Below, piece by piece: positions 26,602-33,143 of a DNA stretch of 64,000 nt. Where the stretch lies: NCBI GenBank assembly GCA_019459145.1, contig JAIBEK010000060.1, positions 34,759 through 98,758 on the forward strand. The letters run 5' to 3'. The stretch comes from Arenimonas sp. GTDB taxonomy: Bacteria; Pseudomonadota; Alphaproteobacteria; Rhizobiales; Rhizobiaceae. Position 1 is the first letter of the stretch. Each line of letters begins with the position of its first letter. Position numbers and translations under genes: made by a program. The notes below the pieces were generated by a model, which saw nothing but the letters and a program-made list of their open reading frames with translations, was not told the DNA's origin and made no database searches.

Positions 26602-27258
26602 TCAGGGTGCCACCGCCTCGGATGCCTCCGCCGTGAAGACGATCTCGTCCTCGGTGGCGAAGTACTTCAGTTCCATGCCGCTTTCGCTGGCCAGAAGGAC
26701 GGTGTAATAGGGCTGGATCGAGTGGGCGTCGATCGCCTCTTCGATGGTGCCACCGCAGATTTCGGCGAACTTCGGCGGAACCCGCATCATCCGCCCCTTG
26801 GCAACGATCTTGAACCTGGCGTCGTATTCCGGGTTTTCCAGCGTGATGTCGAGCTGACCGCCCCGCGGGATCGCGCCGTAGGCGACGAGAAACAGGTTAA
26901 GCAGAAGCTTCACCCGGTTCTTGGGTATGATCGCGCGCGGGCCGTTCCAGCTGACCTCGGTCTTCTTCTCGGCGGCGGCAAAGTCCTTGGCGGCTTTTTC
27001 AGCCTCGCCCGTGTCGATCGATGCCCCGACGGAGCCCGAGGCGCCGAAAGCCAGCCGGGCAAATTTCAGGCGGACCGACGCATTGAGCGCGCTGGTGCGA
27101 ATGAGATCCATCGCATCGGCATCGGCACCGCCCTCGTCGAGCAGTTCGAGGCCGTTGTTGATCGCGCCGACCGGCGAGATCACGTCATGGCAGACGCGGC
27201 TGCACAGCAAGGCCGCGAGGTCTGGACCGGCAAGGGTCAGATTGAGATTTTTCGACAT
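26602..27258 (-). CDS. chpT: Histidine phosphotransferase ChpT (CckA-ChpT-CtrA/CpdR phosphorelay)
   Basis: 218-aa ORF. LAALLCSRVCHDVISPVGAINNGLELL, the ChpT-type phospho-accepting His motif, followed by a degenerate HATPase-like domain. Adjacent to ctrA. Confidence 0.85.
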   Translation of the reverse strand: MSKNLNLTLAGPDLAALLCSRVCHDVISPVGAINNGLELLDEGGADADAMDLIRTSALNASVRLKFARLAFGASGSVGASIDTGEAEKAAKDFAAAEKKTEVSWNGPRAIIPKNRVKLLLNLFLVAYGAIPRGGQLDITLENPEYDARFKIVAKGRMMRVPPKFAEICGGTIEEAIDAHSIQPYYTVLLASESGMELKYFATEDEIVFTAEASEAVAP

Positions 27259-27359
27259 TGTCGCTCCTGAACATCGATCGCCAACACAAGGGCCGCATGC
27301 GCATTACGGGGCGCTCGGTATGATCGGATTCCTTTCGGCCATAATGACACCATATTTGG

Positions 27360-27374
27360 TAAACCGATTATTAA
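27360..27374. promoter_or_regulatory. CtrA-box-like site TAAA-N7-TTAA in the chpT/eipA divergent promoter region
   Basis: TAAACCGATTATTAA (reverse complement TTAATAATCGGTTTA) has one mismatch to TTAA-N7-TTAA. It lies 73 nt upstream of the eipA ATG and ~100 nt upstream of the chpT ATG. Confidence 0.4.
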
Positions 27375-27446
27375 TAGGATGATCGCTAAATGGCATTACC
27401 CGCATTGGAGAGACCAATTGCACCGATTACGGATGGAGGAGACCCC

Positions 27447-28037
27447 ATGCGCCAGATGACGACCCGTAATTTCGCCGCCCGCCGAATGGTCCTGGTGGCC
27501 CTGCTTCTCTTGGCTGCCGGCTTCGGCATGGCGCCACGCGAGGCCCGGGCCGCGGGCGAATACACCGCGCAGGAGATCGTCGATGCCGGACACGGCTTCT
27601 TCGGCTCGACCAGCGGCGCGCTCGCCAGCGTGATCGAGAAGGCTTTTCAGAACTACGGCCTGCCGAACGGCTACATCCTCGGCCAGGAGGGCTCCGGCGC
27701 TTTCGTCGCCGGCCTCACCTATGGCGAGGGCCAGCTCAACACCAAGAATGCCGGCCAGCACGATGTGTTCTGGCAGGGCCCCTCGCTCGGCATCGACTAT
27801 GGTGGCAACGGCACGCGCGTGATGATGCTGGTCTATGACCTGCCGTCGATCGAGGCTCTTTTTGCCCGTTATGGCGGGGTCAGCGGTTCGGCTTACGTCG
27901 TGGCCGGTGTCGGCATGACCGTGTTGAAGAGCCGCAACGTCGTTCTCGTGCCGATCCGCACGGGCGTCGGCGCCCGTCTCGGCGTCAATGTCGGCTACCT
28001 GAAGCTCACCCGCCAGCCGACCTGGAATCCCTTCTGA
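27447..28037 (+). CDS. eipA: DUF1134 periplasmic protein (EipA-like envelope integrity protein)
   Basis: The likely start is MRQMTTRNF (ATG 27447, preceded by GGAGGAG) within track ORF 27390..28037. Signal peptide ..LLLLAAGFGMAPREARA. Core GYILGQEGSGAFVAGLTYGEG. Same chpT-adjacent position as Brucella eipA. Confidence 0.75.
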   Translation: MRQMTTRNFAARRMVLVALLLLAAGFGMAPREARAAGEYTAQEIVDAGHGFFGSTSGALASVIEKAFQNYGLPNGYILGQEGSGAFVAGLTYGEGQLNTKNAGQHDVFWQGPSLGIDYGGNGTRVMMLVYDLPSIEALFARYGGVSGSAYVVAGVGMTVLKSRNVVLVPIRTGVGARLGVNVGYLKLTRQPTWNPF

Positions 28038-28146
28038 CGGCGGCAGGCAGGGGAAGCGCAAGCGCGCGACCCTCTTTACGTCCGCGCGACAGATTCCCGA
28101 TCCGCCGGTCGCCCAGCCGCTTGTCCTGACGGGCGGCGCATGGTTA

Positions 28147-29388
28147 TTGGTTGCGGATGTTCGAATAGACCGAAAAAGTGGCTCACCAGTGATCGAATAC
28201 GCCCTGCTTCTTGGATTGGGTTTCCTCGCCGCCGCCTTGCTCGTCATGCTGGTCGCACCGGCCATCCACAGGCGCATCGTGCTCTACACGGAGAACCGGC
28301 TGAAGGCCACGATGCCGCTCAGCCCGCAGGAAATCCGCGCCCAGAAGGACATGGTGCGCGCCGTCTACGCGGCGCAGAATGCCCGGACGGCGCAGGAACT
28401 GCTGCGTGAGCGGGAGGCCCTGGTCTCGGTGAAACTCGCCAATGAGACGCTCGCCCGCGAGGCCAGCCACCTTGTGGCCGACAACCAGGACCTCAAGGCG
28501 CAGATCAACGACATGAGCGTCGAGGCCGCGGACTTCCGCTCGAAACTGCGACGCGCCGAGCTCGAGGCCGACAATCTGAAAGAGGCGCTGCGACGCACGG
28601 AGGAGACCGCCGTCGCCAAGGACCTCGAGATCACCGCCCTTGGCCGGCGCATCGAGCGCATGGCGGCCGACATGGACAATCTCAAGATCGAACGGACGAC
28701 GCGTGAAACCGAGATCGAGAATCTCAAGATGCGCATCCAGGCCCTGCGCGACGAACGCGAGGAACTGCGACGCGAAACCAAGCAGGTGAACAAGCGGGCC
28801 AAGGATGCGGAGATCCGGCTCGCCCAGGAGGAGCACAAGTTGCTGCGGCTGGACGACAGGCTGGCGCGGGAAATCGCCGAGAATGTCGACAAGGGGGCGC
28901 TCGTCGAACGGCGCTTGAAGGAGATCGCCCGGTTGAAGGAGAGCGTGAAGACGGCGAACGGCAAGTTGCGCGCCGCCGCCAAGGCACTGCGCGCGGCGAA
29001 CCTTCCGGTGCCCGATTTCGACGGCAGCGCGACAATGGAGCACGAAGCCCAGGAGCCGGCCTCCCTGACCGCGCCGACGGGCGAAACAGCGACTGCGACG
29101 GATCTGGCGGAGGAGTTGCGCCACCGCCATACGGCCCTCACCGAACGGCTGATCAAGGCGAAGACCGCCACCAACGACAAGGCGCTGCGCGAGGAGATCG
29201 CCGACATTGCCGCCAAGATGATCGTGCTGACCGCGACCCAGGAAGGCGAGACCTCGCCCATCCCCGAGCTTTTGCGCGCGAAATCGGCCAAGGGACCGGG
29301 CAAGAGCCTGACTCTTGCCGAACGGGTGCTGGCGATCGAGCCGTCGCTGGCAAGGGCCCCGGCGTCCCAAACCCCGCCGGCGGAATGA
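28147..29388 (+). CDS. Membrane-anchored long coiled-coil protein of unknown function
   Basis: 413-aa ORF (TTG start in the track; GTG at 28189 is also possible). One N-terminal TM helix (YALLLGLGFLAAALLVMLVAPAI), then ~250 aa of heptad-rich Glu/Arg/Leu sequence and an Ala/Pro tail. Confidence 0.6.
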   Translation: MVADVRIDRKSGSPVIEYALLLGLGFLAAALLVMLVAPAIHRRIVLYTENRLKATMPLSPQEIRAQKDMVRAVYAAQNARTAQELLREREALVSVKLANETLAREASHLVADNQDLKAQINDMSVEAADFRSKLRRAELEADNLKEALRRTEETAVAKDLEITALGRRIERMAADMDNLKIERTTRETEIENLKMRIQALRDEREELRRETKQVNKRAKDAEIRLAQEEHKLLRLDDRLAREIAENVDKGALVERRLKEIARLKESVKTANGKLRAAAKALRAANLPVPDFDGSATMEHEAQEPASLTAPTGETATATDLAEELRHRHTALTERLIKAKTATNDKALREEIADIAAKMIVLTATQEGETSPIPELLRAKSAKGPGKSLTLAERVLAIEPSLARAPASQTPPAE

Positions 29389-29422
29389 TGCCGGGCCGCG
29401 AGGTCCGTGCCGGCAAGCCTGA

Positions 29423-30259
29423 CTAACCCGGCAAACGCCCCATGGCCTTCGCCATCGCGTAGAGAGCGATCCCGCTGGCCGTTCCGACATTGAGACTGTC
29501 GAGCCCCGGCATCTGGGCGATGCGCGCGGTGTGGAACCGCTCGAGGATCGCCGTCGGCAGCCCCTCGCCTTCCGTTCCCATCACCAGCGCCATGCGCCGC
29601 TCGGGCGCGATCTCGCCGATTTCGGCTTGCCCACCCGGCGACAACGCCCAGATGGCGTAGCCCGCCTCGGCGAGCCGACCGAGCAACGCCTCGCTCGAGC
29701 CTTCCCGCGCATAGGGCACGGTCAGCACCGAGCCCACCGAGACGCGCAGCGCCTTGCGGTAAAGGGGATCGCAACAGGTTTCATCGAGCAGTACCGCATC
29801 GGCGCCGAAGGCCGCGGCATTGCGGAACAGGGCGCCGATATTGTCGTGATTGGAAATGCCGCAGCCGACCAGCACCAGCGCCTCTTGCGGCAAGGCGCCG
29901 ACCAGCGCGTCAACCGTTCGTGCGCCATCGCGCCTTCCGAGCGCCAGCACGCCGCGATGAAGGTGGAAGCCGGCGATGGCATCAAGCACCGGCGCTTCGG
30001 CGACATAGACGGGCACCTCTTCGGGAAACGCGGCGAGCAGATCGGCGACGCCCTCGACCCGGTTGCGCAGCAGCAGCAGCTTTTCCGCCCGGATGCCCCG
30101 GCCCGCGCCGTGGGCGGCGGCGAGCATTCTCAACACCACGGTGCCTTCGGCGATGAAGCCGCCTGCCCGCCCGGTGAGGTCACGCTCGCGGATCTGCGAG
30201 AACTCGGCGATCCGCGGATCGGCCGGGTCGTCGATGGCAATCAGCTTGCGCGTCATCAT
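29423..30259 (-). CDS. TrmH/SpoU-family RNA 2'-O-methyltransferase
   Basis: 278-aa ORF. SpoU motifs LVGCGISNHDNIGALFRNAAAFG, LVMGTEGEGL, IAQMPGLDSLNVGTASGIALY. Confidence 0.85.
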   Translation of the reverse strand: MMTRKLIAIDDPADPRIAEFSQIRERDLTGRAGGFIAEGTVVLRMLAAAHGAGRGIRAEKLLLLRNRVEGVADLLAAFPEEVPVYVAEAPVLDAIAGFHLHRGVLALGRRDGARTVDALVGALPQEALVLVGCGISNHDNIGALFRNAAAFGADAVLLDETCCDPLYRKALRVSVGSVLTVPYAREGSSEALLGRLAEAGYAIWALSPGGQAEIGEIAPERRMALVMGTEGEGLPTAILERFHTARIAQMPGLDSLNVGTASGIALYAMAKAMGRLPG

Positions 30260-30271
30260 CGCCGACCGCGT

Positions 30272-30658
30272 TCAGTTGCCGGTCAAGGTGACGTCGGCGA
30301 TGATCCGGCCGACCGACAGGTCGAAGACCAGCGCCTTCCTGGTGCCGTCCGTGGTCGTACCATAGAACAGGATCTGGTTGTTCGACAGCGCGGTCGAGGT
30401 AATGGAGAAACCCGCCGGCAGGGCTGCCGTGAGGCTGAGCGGCTGGTCGGCGGGAATGGCGAGACCTGAGGATGCCACGGGCTTTTCCGTACCGTCCGGC
30501 CGGGTGACCTTGTAGACGATGGCGGCCAGCACGGCCATGAACATCAGCATCATGATGCCGCCGGAGACGAGTTGCAGCTTGATCATCTTGCGGCGGACGC
30601 TTTCCATCGCCGGATCGAGCGGCTTGTCTTCCTGTTCGTCGTCGTCGAGATGAGCCAT
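30272..30658 (-). CDS. Small single-pass membrane protein of unknown function
   Basis: 128-aa ORF with an acidic N-terminus, one TM helix (LVSGGIMMLMFMAVLAAIVY) and a beta-rich C-terminal part. Lies 12 nt upstream of the TrmH gene. Confidence 0.55.
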   Translation of the reverse strand: MAHLDDDEQEDKPLDPAMESVRRKMIKLQLVSGGIMMLMFMAVLAAIVYKVTRPDGTEKPVASSGLAIPADQPLSLTAALPAGFSITSTALSNNQILFYGTTTDGTRKALVFDLSVGRIIADVTLTGN

Positions 30659-30837
30659 GGCTTTAACGTCTCTGTTCCTGAAGTCCGCAAGGTCTGGTCT
30701 TTTTCCCCGATGCGAACCATTGTTCAGGGAAAATCAGCCGTGAAACATGGCTGGCGATTGTCGAAGGCTACAGTCTGTGCCAAGTGGCAGGAAAACCAAT
30801 GAGCCGCAATACCGGTGGTTCTCACGCGGGATGACAG

Positions 30838-31863
30838 ATGACCGACCCCTTTAACGAAGCCGAGAGGCCAAGAAAAGACCTGATTGCCGAAGATGACGCC
30901 GAAGGACGGCTGGACGTCTGGTTGGCGGCGGCGCTGGAGGGCGAATTCTCGCGCAATCGCGTCAAGGCGCTGATCGAACAGGGAGCGGTCACCATCAACG
31001 ACGTGGCCGTCACCGAGCCGAAGCGCAAGGTCCGCCCCGGCGACCGCCTGTCGATCGTCCTGCCCGAGCCGGAAGACCCCGAGCCCAAGGGCGAGGACAT
31101 CCCGCTGGAGGTTCTCTACGAGGATGCCGACCTGATCGTCATTGCCAAGCCGCCCGGCCTCGTCGTCCATCCGGGCGCCGGCAACTGGACCGGCACGCTG
31201 GTCAATGCCCTCATCCACCATTGCGGCGACAGTCTGTCGGGCATCGGCGGCGTCAAGCGCCCCGGCATCGTCCACCGGCTCGACAAGGACACTTCCGGCG
31301 TCATGGTGGTCGCCAAGAACGACCTGGCGCACCGCCACCTCGCCGACCAGTTCGCCGACCATGGCCGCACCGGCCCGCTGGAGCGCGCCTACCAGGCGAT
31401 CGTCTGGGGCAGGCCGCGCGGCCTGACCGGCACGATCGACGCACCGCTGGGCCGCGCCGGCGACCGCACCAAGCGCACGGTCAAGAAGGAAGACACCGAC
31501 GACGCCCGCGAGGCGATCACCCATTATCAGGTACTGGAGCGCTACGGAGAAAAGCCGGATTCGACCTGCCTCGCCTCGCTGGTCGAGTGCCGGCTGGAGA
31601 CCGGCCGCACCCATCAGATCCGTGTCCACATGGCGCATATCGGCCACCCGCTGATCGGCGACCAGGACTATGGCGCGGCCTTCAAGACCAAGGCCAACCT
31701 GCTGCCGGAGCCCGCCCAGACCACGGTGAAGGCCTTCCCGCGCCAGGCCCTGCACGCCTACCTGCTCGCCTTCGAGCATCCGGCCACCGGCGAGACCATG
31801 CACTTCACCGCACCGATCCCCGCCGACATGCAGGAAATCATCGACGCGCTGCGACATTTGTAA
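30838..31863 (+). CDS. rluD: RluA-family 23S rRNA pseudouridine synthase (RluD-like, with S4 domain)
   Basis: 341-aa ORF. S4-like RLDVWLAAALEGEFSRNRVKALIEQG. Catalytic motif GIVHRLDKDTSGVMVVAK. GRTHQIRVHMAHIGHPLIGD. Confidence 0.85.
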   Translation: MTDPFNEAERPRKDLIAEDDAEGRLDVWLAAALEGEFSRNRVKALIEQGAVTINDVAVTEPKRKVRPGDRLSIVLPEPEDPEPKGEDIPLEVLYEDADLIVIAKPPGLVVHPGAGNWTGTLVNALIHHCGDSLSGIGGVKRPGIVHRLDKDTSGVMVVAKNDLAHRHLADQFADHGRTGPLERAYQAIVWGRPRGLTGTIDAPLGRAGDRTKRTVKKEDTDDAREAITHYQVLERYGEKPDSTCLASLVECRLETGRTHQIRVHMAHIGHPLIGDQDYGAAFKTKANLLPEPAQTTVKAFPRQALHAYLLAFEHPATGETMHFTAPIPADMQEIIDALRHL

Positions 31864-31943
31864 GAATTCTTGCCGCCCGACAGGCGGGGTATTGCACCCT
31901 TCTCAACCCTTCCGGTGTCACGGGCTCGTGATCCGCGCTTACC

Positions 31944-31972
31944 CTTGTATCCGGGTTTTGCCACACTTATCT
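31944..31972 (+). promoter_or_regulatory. Candidate RpoH (sigma-32)-type heat-shock promoter upstream of rpoH (CTTG-N18-CTTATCT)
   Basis: Matches the alphaproteobacterial heat-shock promoter pattern CTTG-N17/18-CYTATNT. Lies ~92 nt upstream of the rpoH ATG. Confidence 0.4.
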
Positions 31973-32063
31973 GTTAGCTGGGTTTCTGTGGGATTTTGGG
32001 AAATCCACAGTGATCAGGCTCGCCCATTTTCAAAGGGGAGCCGAAGAAAGAAAGGGGTGCTTC

Positions 32064-32966
32064 ATGGCCCGCAGTACATTGCCTAGCATTACCGCCGGCG
32101 AAGGCGGTCTCAACCGTTATCTCGACGAGATCCGTAAGTTCCCGATGCTGGAACCGCAGCAGGAATACATGCTCGCCAAGCGCTACGCCGAGCATGGCGA
32201 CCGCGACGCGGCGCATAAACTCGTCACCAGCCACCTGCGCCTCGTCGCCAAGATCGCCATGGGTTATCGCGGCTACGGCCTGCCGATCGGCGAAGTCGTG
32301 TCCGAAGGCAATGTCGGGCTGATGCAGGCGGTCAAGAAATTCGATCCCGAACGCGGTTTCCGTCTCGCCACCTATGCGATGTGGTGGATCAAGGCATCGA
32401 TCCAGGAATATATCCTGCGCTCGTGGTCGCTGGTGAAAATGGGCACGACCGCCAACCAGAAGCGGCTGTTCTTCAACCTGCGCCGCCTCAAGGGCAAGAT
32501 CCAGGCGATCGAGGAAGGCGACCTCAAGCCGGAACAGGTGGCCGAGATCGCCACCAAGCTGAAGGTTTCCGAGGAAGAGGTCGTGTCGATGAACCGGCGC
32601 CTGTCCGGCGACGCATCCCTCAACGCCCCGATCCGTGCCGCCGAAGGCGAGTCCGGCCAGTGGCAGGACTGGCTGGTCGACGACCATGAAAGCCAGGAAG
32701 CGGTGCTGATCGAGCAGGACGAACTCGAGACCCGCCGCCGCATGCTGGCCAAGGCGATGAGCGTCCTGAACGATCGCGAGCGCCGCATCTTCCAGGCGCG
32801 CCGCCTCGCCGAAGACCCGGTGACGCTCGAGGAACTGTCGGCCGAGTTCGACATCAGCCGCGAGCGTGTCCGCCAGATCGAGGTCCGCGCCTTCGAAAAG
32901 GTACAGGAGGCCGTGCAGAAGGACGCCCTGGAGCGCGCCGCCGCACTTCGGGTCGTCGAGGCCTGA
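32064..32966 (+). CDS. rpoH: RNA polymerase sigma-32 factor RpoH
   Basis: The track ORF is 32010..32966. Start at MARSTLPSI (ATG 32064). RpoH box QKRLFFNLRRLKG. Regions 2 and 4 (LVTSHLRLVAKIA, ELSAEFDISRERVRQIE). Confidence 0.95.
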   Translation: MARSTLPSITAGEGGLNRYLDEIRKFPMLEPQQEYMLAKRYAEHGDRDAAHKLVTSHLRLVAKIAMGYRGYGLPIGEVVSEGNVGLMQAVKKFDPERGFRLATYAMWWIKASIQEYILRSWSLVKMGTTANQKRLFFNLRRLKGKIQAIEEGDLKPEQVAEIATKLKVSEEEVVSMNRRLSGDASLNAPIRAAEGESGQWQDWLVDDHESQEAVLIEQDELETRRRMLAKAMSVLNDRERRIFQARRLAEDPVTLEELSAEFDISRERVRQIEVRAFEKVQEAVQKDALERAAALRVVEA

Positions 32967-33088
32967 CGCAACGCCTTCCGAAAGCCGGCACCGGCTCCTG
33001 CTAAGGAAAACGGTGCCGGAGCTCGGGGAACCGTAGCTGAAAGACCGCCGCAGGCTCGGCATACGGACAGAACCACGACCGACCAAGC

Positions 33089-33118
33089 AAAAACCCGGAT
33101 CTGCCGATCCGGGTTTTT
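33089..33118. terminator. Bidirectional rho-independent terminator between convergent rpoH and the 823-aa gene
   Basis: AAAAA-CCCGGATC-tgcc-GATCCGGG-TTTTT, a perfect stem flanked by an A-run and a T-run. Confidence 0.8.
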
Positions 33119-33143
33119 GCTTGTCAGCTTCGACGGTGAACGA

